Of a stretch of DNA of 43,928 bases, positions 16,961 to 25,028 are shown one piece after another (position 1 is the stretch's first letter; every line of letters starts with the position of its first letter). The DNA comes from a virus. Under the pieces are notes generated by a model that did no database searches, was not told where the DNA came from, and saw nothing but the letters and a program-made list of their open reading frames with translations. The stretch lies in UHGV virus genome UHGV-0428293; one strand, written 5' to 3'. A program made the position numbers and the translations under genes.

Positions 16961-17435
16961 CTCCAGCCGTTTTCTTGGCTTGCTTTATCCATGATTTACC
17001 GTCTGCTTGTTTGGCTGCATCAAACCATTTAGCCTGTGCCTTAGGATGCGCTGTTTTGGTATACTGTAAATCCTCTTTTGCTTTGGTTTTTCCTCCATAT
17101 TGGCTTACCAATACCTTTTTAGTACCCTTTGTAGCCCAGGTACTACCAGTAACAGCGCTAACCATAGTTTTACCCCGGTATAAAAAAAGACCAGCAGGGC
17201 CATATGCGGCATATACTTTTCCGCTCCCTTGTACTGCGGCGCTCGCTGCTCTGGTAACATCCACAAAATCGCCTGTGACCATCGGCATAAAAGGGACCAT
17301 ACTATTCATCACATTTCCATCAAGTTGATACTGCGCGCGCTGGAATTGCTTATCAAACCGGGTTAAATTAAGCTTGATTTTGATATCACCATCAACAATA
17401 GAGAATCCTTTAAAATGTGTTATTTTACTTGCCAT
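16944..17435 (-). CDS. Head-tail joining protein (163 aa)
   Basis: Start trimmed to ATG 17435 (MASKITHFKGF), directly after the upstream TAA. Lys/Ala-rich C-terminus. Confidence 0.5.
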   Translation of the reverse strand: MASKITHFKGFSIVDGDIKIKLNLTRFDKQFQRAQYQLDGNVMNSMVPFMPMVTGDFVDVTRAASAAVQGSGKVYAAYGPAGLFLYRGKTMVSAVTGSTWATKGTKKVLVSQYGGKTKAKEDLQYTKTAHPKAQAKWFDAAKQADGKSWIKQAKKTAGGGKRG

Positions 17436-17436
17436 A

Positions 17437-17904
17437 TTATTTCCCCAATATTTCAAAGTGAGGAATCACAGAGTATGGACCCCCAACAGAAGATACCAAA
17501 TATACGAAGTCGTACCGGTTGTTCATATAAGCATAAAACCCACCACGATAATCTTCATCATTGACCGGGCCGCTATTCCATCCCCCTTCCCAGAAAAAAC
17601 AATCATCCGATGCTTCAAAAGTAATGGTATCGTCCAACAAGTCATTTACCTGTCTCCTCCACTCCTTTGGAGGAAGCCACGGCAATTCTTTACCGTCAGC
17701 ATCACGGATTATTTGTTTACCATCCTGTAATTCATAAGCTATGTGTAATTCGGCATTATCCGTGCTGTCTGGCCCATACTTTTTTAGTATTGCGCCCTTG
17801 TCGGTATTAAGGTCAACGCCAGATAATACATGGGGATACCAAATACCAATGCCAGTTGTGGATGATTCATAGTAATTAAAAACTGTCACCGTGGCATTGT
17901 ACAT
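17437..17904 (-). CDS. Head closure / head-tail adaptor-like protein (155 aa)
   Basis: Position after the connector gene. Confidence 0.5.
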   Translation of the reverse strand: MYNATVTVFNYYESSTTGIGIWYPHVLSGVDLNTDKGAILKKYGPDSTDNAELHIAYELQDGKQIIRDADGKELPWLPPKEWRRQVNDLLDDTITFEASDDCFFWEGGWNSGPVNDEDYRGGFYAYMNNRYDFVYLVSSVGGPYSVIPHFEILGK

Positions 17905-17919
17905 AAGGTATCCCCTCCA

Positions 17920-18183
17920 TTATTTATTCATCTGCTTATACACCTGGTTAACTCCCGTAGCCGTAAGGCCAGACATAGCGCCAACTGCTACAGCCGTGAT
18001 GTAGTCCGATGCCGGGAAGTCTGGTATAGTTCCCATACCAAGCGCGCCAAGAACACCACCCATAACAGCCATAATGACCGGAATCCATTCGTCCGGTATC
18101 TTCTTTGACGCTTTGCATCCAAGACCAACCACATAGCTCAGAGCCACAATAGCTACACATGTTCCCAATGTCGTAATATCCAT
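17920..18183 (-). CDS. Small 3-TM membrane protein, holin-like (87 aa)
   Basis: TM segments LGTCVAIVALSYVVGLG and IPVIMAVMGGVLGALGMG, an amphipathic AVAVGAMSGLTATGV, and a charged C-terminal tail NQVYKQMNK. Resembles small phiLC3/r1t-type holins from memory. Unusual position between connector and head-closure genes. Confidence 0.45.
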   Translation of the reverse strand: MDITTLGTCVAIVALSYVVGLGCKASKKIPDEWIPVIMAVMGGVLGALGMGTIPDFPASDYITAVAVGAMSGLTATGVNQVYKQMNK

Positions 18184-18185
18184 AT

Positions 18186-18683
18186 CTACCCCATTCCGGC
18201 GTACAGCAATGGAACGCCATTATTATCTCTTACTCCCATCAGATACACATTTGCAGTATCATACAGGAGTTTATTGGTTGCCTGTTCATCCCCTGCCGCA
18301 GAGTATACAGTACTCCAGGCTTTAGCTCCGTTAGCTATTTCAGACGGGGATGCATAGCTGATTGATTCGGAACCGGATGACTTTGACGTGATAACGCCTG
18401 TGGTTGCGCCGCCGGTCCCGCTGGTTATACTTCCAGCGGCGGCAGATAGTGCCTGTTTTTCTGCCAGTTCCAAACCATACAGTTTATCAGCTACGGCACA
18501 TACGGCTTTCTTGATTTTGGTTTGCGCTCGTTCATTGTCTGGGAGGCCGTCAACCAACCTATCTCTAGTTACAATGTCAAGAAAGTCGCTTGCCCGTTCT
18601 GCCTGCTTATCAAATGATTGGGAATCCGGTATGGAACTGCCGTAGTATTTTGTTGTGTAAAACTCATAGTCTGCATATGCCAT
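18186..18683 (-). CDS. Head-tail connector protein (gp6/gp15-like)
   Basis: N-terminal AYADYEFYTTKYYG motif typical of Phage_connect_1 proteins. Immediately downstream of the capsid gene. Confidence 0.65.
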   Translation of the reverse strand: MAYADYEFYTTKYYGSSIPDSQSFDKQAERASDFLDIVTRDRLVDGLPDNERAQTKIKKAVCAVADKLYGLELAEKQALSAAAGSITSGTGGATTGVITSKSSGSESISYASPSEIANGAKAWSTVYSAAGDEQATNKLLYDTANVYLMGVRDNNGVPLLYAGMG

Positions 18684-18700
18684 GCCGGATTCTCCTTTCT

Positions 18701-19873
18701 TTAAGAGTGAGACGTTACATCGTCATTTCCAGATTTCAACGCCTTATAGGTATTGTCACACTCAACTACTGTGATATGATTCCCGGTCGTTGCCTTGATA
18801 TCAGATTTACCGTCCCATGCTGTCCACGTCTTTACATTCTGACCATATTTCACTTCTGGAGCGGAATCAGCTGCCACTTTGTACTTGTACATGTGTCCTG
18901 TTTCGAGGGGAGGTTCAACGGTTAATTTTGTGTTTCCTGATGTGCTTCCGGCCGAAGAAGTTACCGTCAGTGTTCCAAGAACGGGATTATCAGTAATATC
19001 AACAACTGCGATTCCGTCAATATATTCTGCAAACAAGGTAAGTCCCATGATTGCAAATGCTTCGGAAACAGCGGTATTGTAATTACCCTGGGTATGGAAT
19101 CCGATAAGGTTTGTATCCCCGTCCCCAGTCGTATACACCAGACCGGCACGTGCAAAATCACTTTCGTTTGGGTCTACATAGTACATTACAATGTTTTCCA
19201 CTGGTGTAGCTATTACTTTTCCACTTTCTATTTCAGAATCAGATAGCAGAAAGATTGTATTGAATCCCATGAAATCCTTAAGATACTGGAAACCAAACTG
19301 ATTCTGCACAGTGATTTCAGCGGCACCCAGGTACTGATATACATCCAGAATATTCACAAATCCAACCACCCCCGTAACATTACGGTGCATCTGTTTGAAT
19401 TTGTTTTCTACCATTCCTTTTGCCATAGCAAGGGCCATCTGGAATGTAGTTTCCGTTCCAGTAAGTGTACCAGTATTCAGATATGTATAGAATCGTTCTG
19501 TTACATTCGACTGAAGCTGGAACAAAAATTCATCGTCTGTCATCTGAACGGCATTTTCATATCCGTGGTCCTTAATTGCTTCAATGGAAACGGCCTTTGC
19601 ATACTTCTCAATGGTCATTTCCGCATACGTCTTTTCCTTTACTGTGAATTTGCTGTAAGGGATTTCTTCTCCTTCGCCTACAGCACCGCTCTGTAAAGTT
19701 CCTTCTGCATATTTGCTTTTCAGCACTGCTCCCGGTGTTTTCTTAATAGGACGCATAATCCCCAGAATATCCCGAAGATGCTGCCAGTTCCTCTCAAAGC
19801 GTGTCACAAAATCAATTTCACGCGCTGTAACCTGTATGTCCGCGCTTGTGATTAAATTGGCTTTTGCTGCCAT
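18701..19873 (-). CDS. Major capsid protein with a C-terminal Ig-like extension (390 aa)
   Basis: Size, position after the scaffold gene, and a C-terminal roughly 90-aa Thr/Ser-rich beta domain. Confidence 0.8.
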   Translation of the reverse strand: MAAKANLITSADIQVTAREIDFVTRFERNWQHLRDILGIMRPIKKTPGAVLKSKYAEGTLQSGAVGEGEEIPYSKFTVKEKTYAEMTIEKYAKAVSIEAIKDHGYENAVQMTDDEFLFQLQSNVTERFYTYLNTGTLTGTETTFQMALAMAKGMVENKFKQMHRNVTGVVGFVNILDVYQYLGAAEITVQNQFGFQYLKDFMGFNTIFLLSDSEIESGKVIATPVENIVMYYVDPNESDFARAGLVYTTGDGDTNLIGFHTQGNYNTAVSEAFAIMGLTLFAEYIDGIAVVDITDNPVLGTLTVTSSAGSTSGNTKLTVEPPLETGHMYKYKVAADSAPEVKYGQNVKTWTAWDGKSDIKATTGNHITVVECDNTYKALKSGNDDVTSHS

Positions 19874-20496
19874 TACTGTTCTCCTTTACCGAATAAATGC
19901 AGGTTATTGGCAATTGCAGACTGGCGCTCAGACGGGTCTTTAATTGCTTCAATATCCTTTCGTGTCATAGTTCCTGGCGTATTCTGCTTACCTACTGGTG
20001 TGGTAAACCTCGCCATGTTCTGCTGTACCTGCTGCTGTGCATCATCAACAAAAGCCGAAGCATCTTTTTCTTTCATTTGAGACAAAAGGTCATTCAGCCC
20101 CAGAATTTTACCATCTTTCAGCTTTAAACCGGCCTCTTTTACTTCTGCCATAATTGCACGTTTAGCCGCTTCGCTGGAAAACTTAATACCCTCAAATTCC
20201 GTTTTCAGAGCGTCCGAAAAGTCACGCTCGTAAAGCTGCTCCTGGGCTTTTTTCTCGGCTTCTGTAGCTTTCTGTTTCCAGTCAGATATTTCCCTCTGCA
20301 TCGTCTCCAGGTCAACCCCTTCAAAGCCTTTAAGCGTTGTTTCTGCTGCTTCTGCTTTTTCTTTCCAGGTATCCCGGTCCGCGCTCAGATTGTCGTTTTC
20401 TTTCTGCAACTTTTTGAGGTCTTTCCCATTTTCAGCCATGACAAAAGATATCTGTTCCTCTGTCAATCCCTGTGCTTTTAATTCTTCGGTTTTCAT
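19873..20496 (-). CDS. Scaffolding protein (GP20-like)
   Basis: Highly charged coiled-coil protein (EELKAQGLTEEQISFVMAENGKDLKKLQKEND...) directly upstream of the MCP. Confidence 0.75.
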   Translation of the reverse strand: MKTEELKAQGLTEEQISFVMAENGKDLKKLQKENDNLSADRDTWKEKAEAAETTLKGFEGVDLETMQREISDWKQKATEAEKKAQEQLYERDFSDALKTEFEGIKFSSEAAKRAIMAEVKEAGLKLKDGKILGLNDLLSQMKEKDASAFVDDAQQQVQQNMARFTTPVGKQNTPGTMTRKDIEAIKDPSERQSAIANNLHLFGKGEQ

Positions 20497-20711
20497 TGAT
20501 GATTCTCCTTTTCCGTTATTAGGTTATTTGTAGGTGTGTAACCGTCCACCAACGGTTTGCCATTTTGTAGGACTTGGCGTGTCCAAAACTGAGGATGCTG
20601 GATTTGAACCAGCGTAAAGAGTGTTCCTTCTTTGCCGAGGTCAAAACCCGGTGCCTTAACCGCTTGGCGAATCCTCATGATGCAGTTCCTGCTTAGATTG
20701 TCACACTGCAA
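20493..20711 (-). CDS. Hypothetical small protein (72 aa)
   Basis: ORF with a 4-nt overlap onto the scaffold gene. No motifs. Confidence 0.35.
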   Translation of the reverse strand: MQCDNLSRNCIMRIRQAVKAPGFDLGKEGTLFTLVQIQHPQFWTRQVLQNGKPLVDGYTPTNNLITEKENHQ

Positions 20712-20826
20712 ATTTCAGTCCCGTGTCCTAGTCCCTGGAACTATCGCAGTAGTTTTCAGCAGGCATTGTCATTCTCTGTGAGGCATTCTGCGTGCTCTCA
20801 CATCATCCGGGAGCGACCCGACTACA

Positions 20827-20899
20827 TCGGGAAAAGAGGAATCGAACCTCTGACTCACAGCTTATAAGGCTGCTGCTCTACCAACTGAGCTATTTCCCG
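20827..20899 (-). tRNA. tRNA with anticodon UAU (reads AUA; Ile by codon), 73 nt, CCA not encoded
   Basis: Hand-folded cloverleaf: acceptor CGGGAAA/TTTCCCG, D-arm GCTC-AGTTGGTA-GAGC, anticodon stem GCAGC/GCTGT with loop CTTATAA (U33, A37), variable loop GAGTC, T-arm AGAGG-TTCGATT-CCTCT, discriminator A. Confidence 0.8.
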
Positions 20900-21203
20900 A
20901 TTGCATTTCTTGAAAACTCCTCGTCACGCCTTTTTGCGCCGCATATGTACTCTGAAATGCTGTCAGCCCGCCGATATCCCACCAAAACAATGCCGTATCA
21001 TTTTTCAGTTTCGTCCAGGTCATAACTGACAAGTTTTTTCTATCTCCATTACGGGAGGAGGATAGCCTTTAGAAGGAATGCACATGCCGGAAATTGCATC
21101 CGCTTTTCAACCTCCAGGTTGTTTGCGCTATACTTTGGCATTTATGCCATGCGCTAGAACCTGTTTCTATTAAGGACATGTGCAATCGGATGAGGTTCGA
21201 TAT

Positions 21204-21245
21204 AAAGAAAAAGCCATGCAAATTACGCTCTGTAATCTGTATGGC
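21204..21245 (-). terminator. Rho-independent terminator after the KTR-domain gene
   Basis: Minus strand reads AGAGCCAT-ACAGATTACAGAGCGTAATTTGC-ATGGCTTTTTCTTT. Interrupted stem CCAT/ATGG plus TTAC/GTAA, followed by a U-tract. Confidence 0.5.
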
Positions 21246-21265
21246 TCTGCGACTGGCGACTGGCT

Positions 21266-21436
21266 CTAATTAATGTTTTGCATTCTTTTTATTTCACTTC
21301 CGTATATATCCATTACAGTTGTATTCCTACATTTTGGACAAAACACAGGTAAATTCTTGGCTTCGGTATCTTTTCTGATTTTTGTTCTTGTCTTATTACT
21401 GCATATGGGGCAGTATACCCAACCATCTTTCACCAT
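21266..21436 (-). CDS. Cysteine-rich KTR-domain protein (56 aa)
   Basis: WVYCPICSNKTRTKIRKDTEAKNLPVFCPKCRN matches the Cys_rich_KTR pattern from memory. AAAGGAG precedes the ATG at 21436, so the start is trimmed from 21502. Confidence 0.6.
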   Translation of the reverse strand: MVKDGWVYCPICSNKTRTKIRKDTEAKNLPVFCPKCRNTTVMDIYGSEIKRMQNIN

Positions 21437-21517
21437 GTTTTCACCCTTTCTGTTTATTCTTACTCCCATTTTACCGTATTGGCCTAAAATAATCGTCCCC
21501 ACATTTTAAATATACTG

Positions 21518-21546
21518 TTGACTTTACGCCAATATTGGCGTATAAT
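21518..21546 (+). promoter_or_regulatory. Consensus promoter TTGACT-17-TATAAT with a perfect 14-bp palindrome CGCCAATATTGGCG in the spacer (operator)
   Basis: -35 at 21518-21523, -10 at 21541-21546. The palindrome at 21527..21540 extends to 16 bp as ACGCCAATATTGGCGT (21526..21541). Drives the plus-strand cassette 21579..22568. Confidence 0.6.
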
Positions 21547-21578
21547 ATAATTAGAAATAAGGGAAGGGGATTAAAACA

Positions 21579-21908
21579 ATGACAGTGGCCGAATTAAAGG
21601 AAATGATTGCGAACAATAATGATTGGGATTCTTACGAAAAATATGGTATCCGCATTCAAGAACAGGACTTTGAACTCGGAACTGTTGACCACAACTCAAA
21701 AGTCTGGGTTGATGGAGAGGAAACAGAAGAGGAACTTGATGGAATATGTGCCATTAATTTAAACTCTCCGGAAGCTGCTGGTGCACTCAATGGTCGTGGA
21801 TATTTTGGTTCCCACATAGCCCTACTTGCAAGTAACCGTTTTGAATATGGTCTTGATGCAGGAGAGGTAATATTAAAAGATGCAGAAGTATTATATATTA
21901 TCAAATAG
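21579..21908 (+). CDS. Hypothetical acidic protein (109 aa)
   Basis: First gene after the promoter/operator. RBS AAGGGAAGGGGA. Confidence 0.55.
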   Translation: MTVAELKEMIANNNDWDSYEKYGIRIQEQDFELGTVDHNSKVWVDGEETEEELDGICAINLNSPEAAGALNGRGYFGSHIALLASNRFEYGLDAGEVILKDAEVLYIIK

Positions 21909-21921
21909 GAGGTGTGAAAAA

Positions 21922-22200
21922 TTGAGAAGATATCCAGATTGTATCAGAACAGACGGGCTGTGCGGGCTGTGCTCTGCATCCAGCCGCGGCCTGGATTGCC
22001 ACAACAACAAAATAAACAAGCTGTTATATCAACGCTCTTTGGCGGAGATGACCCAACGGCAGGTAGCGGATGCCGCCGAAATAAATATCCGCCAGATTCA
22101 GAAGTTTGAGTCTGGAGAAGGGGATCTTGGCAACATGACCCTGCGCAATGCTCTGGCTCTGGCAAAAGCCCTTGACTGCGATGTTGATGATTTTTTGTAA
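21922..22200 (+). CDS. XRE-family HTH regulator with a Cys-rich N-terminal extension (about 92 aa), TTG start
   Basis: C-terminal LAEMTQRQVADAAEINIRQIQKFESGE is an XRE HTH. AGGAGG lies 9 nt before the TTG at 21922. The N-terminus carries CIRTDGLCGLCSASSRGLDC. Confidence 0.55.
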   Translation: MRRYPDCIRTDGLCGLCSASSRGLDCHNNKINKLLYQRSLAEMTQRQVADAAEINIRQIQKFESGEGDLGNMTLRNALALAKALDCDVDDFL

Positions 22201-22235
22201 CAAATACTTACTCAGGAAATTTGGAGGATAATATT

Positions 22236-22568
22236 ATGGAAAAATATGATATTTTTAAATCAGAGGGCGGTTATAGAGTATGTTTGGCAACATATGGAGA
22301 TGATCCTATCATTGACAAGTGTCCGTGGTGTAAAACTTTGGCTGGCGCAAAAGCTGTTGCTAGAGATGCTAAGTTTGACAATGAGACAAGACAGTATGGG
22401 GTATTTAATGGTGAGGGCTGGATGGCAAGCCTCCCGTCTAGCGATTACGAAACAGATTATTATAATTTTGGCTCGCGAGATGAGGCGGTAAAAGCAGTGA
22501 TATCGGCAATGGAAAAGCTGGGATACACCCGTGAATACATTCTGTATCGCAGGAAAGATTTATTATAA
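22236..22568 (+). CDS. Hypothetical protein (110 aa) with a CPWC motif
   Basis: GGAGGA lies 7 nt before the ATG at 22236. Followed by a strong terminator. Confidence 0.55.
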   Translation: MEKYDIFKSEGGYRVCLATYGDDPIIDKCPWCKTLAGAKAVARDAKFDNETRQYGVFNGEGWMASLPSSDYETDYYNFGSRDEAVKAVISAMEKLGYTREYILYRRKDLL

Positions 22569-22570
22569 AA

Positions 22571-22609
22571 AAATATCGCCTTCTCAATATGAGTTGGCGA
22601 TATTTTTTT
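22571..22609 (+). terminator. Rho-independent terminator ending the plus-strand cassette
   Basis: AAATATCGCC / GGCGATATTT perfect 10-bp stem followed by TTTTTTT. Confidence 0.7.
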
Positions 22610-22752
22610 AATAAAAACGAATAACCTAATATTTCAATCCACACCTCTCAGATTGGAGAGCGGTGACCAGTATCAACCCCATCTGCTGATACCTTATAGC
22701 TAAATATTATATCCTATTCTCTTATTTGTCAAGACACTATTTGGTTATACAT

Positions 22753-22784
22753 CTTAAAAAGGCGGTGAAATTATTCCCACCGCC
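22753..22784 (-). terminator. Rho-independent terminator after the 22791..23330 gene
   Basis: GGCGGTG / CACCGCC stem with a 10-nt loop, then TTTTTAAG on the minus strand. Confidence 0.5.
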
Positions 22785-22790
22785 AATTTG

Positions 22791-23330
22791 TTACATCATA
22801 TTACGTAATTTTTCAATGTATCTTTTCATAGTTTCCCGTTCTTCACGGCAATCCGCATCTTTAGACATTTCGCCTAATTCTTCTGTCAGTTCGTCCATAT
22901 GCTCTTCCAAGGCTGCAAGCATACGCCGCTTGCAATCTTCATCTTTCCCACCGCTTCGATAACTCTGTTTCTGGTTCATGTAATCGTCATAGGCCGGACC
23001 GGTCGCACGGCTGTAGTGTCCTCTGACGTAATGTTTTCCGCGTGTGCCGCGATATGAGCTGTCATTATCATAGTCCTGTGACATTCCATCAGCACGGCTA
23101 TAACGTCCCATGCTGTCGCGCTTGCGACGCGCTTCGCTGTGTTCTCCGCCGTCCATTTCGTCTATTACCTGATTGTAGTACTCTTCTTTGCACTTCCAGT
23201 ACTCCACATTCTCCATGTCTTTCCACATGTCTATCAATTTGTATGCGGTTTCAAGGTTGCTAGTGTTCAGGCCCTTTTCCGCAATTTTATCCAGCTCTTC
23301 ATGGATATTCTGCATCATCTTATAACTCAT
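22791..23330 (-). CDS. Hypothetical protein with an Arg/Tyr/Ser/Gly-rich core (179 aa)
   Basis: ORF with RBS. Low-complexity centre (YSRADG...YRGTRGKHYVRGHYSRATG). Confidence 0.5.
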   Translation of the reverse strand: MSYKMMQNIHEELDKIAEKGLNTSNLETAYKLIDMWKDMENVEYWKCKEEYYNQVIDEMDGGEHSEARRKRDSMGRYSRADGMSQDYDNDSSYRGTRGKHYVRGHYSRATGPAYDDYMNQKQSYRSGGKDEDCKRRMLAALEEHMDELTEELGEMSKDADCREERETMKRYIEKLRNMM

Positions 23331-23342
23331 AGCCTTACCCCC

Positions 23343-23741
23343 TTAACCTATTCTGCTAACAACAAGGTTAGCGTCTGATACTGTCGCCGCTGTGGCTCCA
23401 ACGTTTTTTACCGATAAGGTAGCGCAACATGGTTTGCACACCCTTACTTCTACCGTTGCTGCTCCATTGATTGTTGCGCCGGCGGCAACTGTGTTCTGGA
23501 TTCTTGCACCGGGAATGCCTTCGCCGTCCTGCTGTATTTCAAAAATTACATCTCCTGCCGCAGCTGCGGAAAAGTTTCCGTTAAATCCTACACGGTACAG
23601 ACCAGGAAGTAAAACTACTCTCCCAGAAAGTGGCTCATGTCTTATATTTGGACAATTGCAAGAATATATCCGGTTTGCTGCAAACAAAACACTTGCATTG
23701 ACTTCAACGGTCTGTGTGCCAGCAGTTACAAAATCTGCCAT
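23343..23741 (-). CDS. BclA C-terminal-domain-like (C1q/TNF-like) protein (132 aa)
   Basis: Pattern PGLYRVGFNGNFSAAAAGDVIFEIQQDGEGIPGARIQNTVAAGATINGAATVEVRV resembles the exosporium BclA C-terminal jelly-roll domain from memory. No collagen-like repeats. Confidence 0.5.
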   Translation of the reverse strand: MADFVTAGTQTVEVNASVLFAANRIYSCNCPNIRHEPLSGRVVLLPGLYRVGFNGNFSAAAAGDVIFEIQQDGEGIPGARIQNTVAAGATINGAATVEVRVCKPCCATLSVKNVGATAATVSDANLVVSRIG

Positions 23742-23806
23742 AATAATTCCTCCTTATATGCACAGAAGGGCAAGCCTGTGCCTACCCCTCCATGTGTGTA
23801 ATACTA

Positions 23807-24043
23807 CTATTCAGTAGACATGTCCTTTTCGGACAAGATACGCAATATACGGTTGTTTTGGTCGATAATCTTCTCCATGTATTCCTTATTTTGCTGTTGC
23901 AACGCTTCTAATATATCACTATTAGAAACGTCACCAACGAGTAAAAGCAAATCTATCATTTGCAATGCAGTTGCATACAGAGCAAGATTATCGTAAAACT
24001 GTTCGTTTCTCATTAGCACCCGCATCCAGTATTGTATCCACAA
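23807..24043 (-). CDS. Hypothetical small protein (78 aa)
   Basis: ORF. Overlaps the 5' end of the downstream gene by about 30 nt. Confidence 0.4.
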   Translation of the reverse strand: MWIQYWMRVLMRNEQFYDNLALYATALQMIDLLLLVGDVSNSDILEALQQQNKEYMEKIIDQNNRILRILSEKDMSTE

Positions 24044-24723
24044 CCACAGTTAGAGGCATATGGATATGGCGCTGGAACCGTATAAGCCGGTACAGGCTGC
24101 GGCTGACGAAGCTGTGCAACGATTGAGTTACCAACTGCATCAATAAATCCGTTCTGGGCAGTCTGGCTTGCCTGGAATCTAAGGGTTTGATTCTCCGCCT
24201 GTAAGGTAGAAATCTTATCCTGAGTTAAGAAGTCAAGAATAGCTCTTGTATTGCTGTTGTTGTTGTCCAGAATATCCCTAGTTGCGGTCTGAATGGTGTT
24301 TCTGGTATCGCATGACTGTGTAGCCAGATTGTAGTTTACGCCATCAATTGCGCGCTGTGTCTGGCAGCAGCAATCCTGGAGCTGATAGCCCATCTGGCAT
24401 AAGCTGCGGTCAACACCGTTGAATCCGCTGGTGATAGTGTTGTTCAGCGCGTATGTGCTGTCACAGATACCCTGCTGGATACCCCTGATTCCGTTTTCTA
24501 TACCGTTCAAAGCAAAGCCCTCATTAATATCTGCTCTGGTAGCAAGACCCTGGAGTCCCGCGCCATTTGCACCGTTTCCGCCGAAGCCATTGCCCCAGCC
24601 TCCTCCGGCGAACAGGAACAGAACGATAATCCAAATCCAATCGCCCCACATGCCATCACCATTTCTGTTATTTCCGTTTCCTGTAGCGGCTGCAATGTCC
24701 GCTAAAGAGTAACCACTTTCCAT
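24013..24723 (-). CDS. Membrane-anchored Gly-rich protein ending in a Cys-rich tail (236 aa)
   Basis: TM segment WIWIIVLFLFAGGGW then a GNGFGGNGANGAG tract. C-terminus NCGCGYNTGCGC and an internal CCC. No family recognised. Confidence 0.5.
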   Translation of the reverse strand: MESGYSLADIAAATGNGNNRNGDGMWGDWIWIIVLFLFAGGGWGNGFGGNGANGAGLQGLATRADINEGFALNGIENGIRGIQQGICDSTYALNNTITSGFNGVDRSLCQMGYQLQDCCCQTQRAIDGVNYNLATQSCDTRNTIQTATRDILDNNNSNTRAILDFLTQDKISTLQAENQTLRFQASQTAQNGFIDAVGNSIVAQLRQPQPVPAYTVPAPYPYASNCGCGYNTGCGC

Positions 24724-24776
24724 AAATATTTACTCCTTTAAATTTATTTACAAAATCATGCGCATTGATTTATGTA

Positions 24777-25025
24777 CTATTTTTTCATGCCTCCAAGCAT
24801 CTGCTGAAACTGTTGTGCCATCTGCTGGGCTTGGTCTAACTGTTGCTGAGTTATCTGACCAGACTGGAGCATCTTCTGCACTTCTTCCTGGGGATTCCCC
24901 TTGAAGTTGTTCTTAAATTCCATAAACTTCTGAATCATCTGCATTGGGTTGTTTCCCCCACCCATTCCAGGCATCATGCCACCCATTGGCGAGCCGCCGC
25001 CCAACATACTAAATAATGGATTCAT
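24777..25025 (-). CDS. Gly/Met/Gln-rich low-complexity protein (82 aa)
   Basis: MLGGGSPMGGMMPGMGGGNNPMQM followed by a Q-rich helix. Confidence 0.45.
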   Translation of the reverse strand: MNPLFSMLGGGSPMGGMMPGMGGGNNPMQMIQKFMEFKNNFKGNPQEEVQKMLQSGQITQQQLDQAQQMAQQFQQMLGGMKK

Positions 25026-25028
25026 ATA

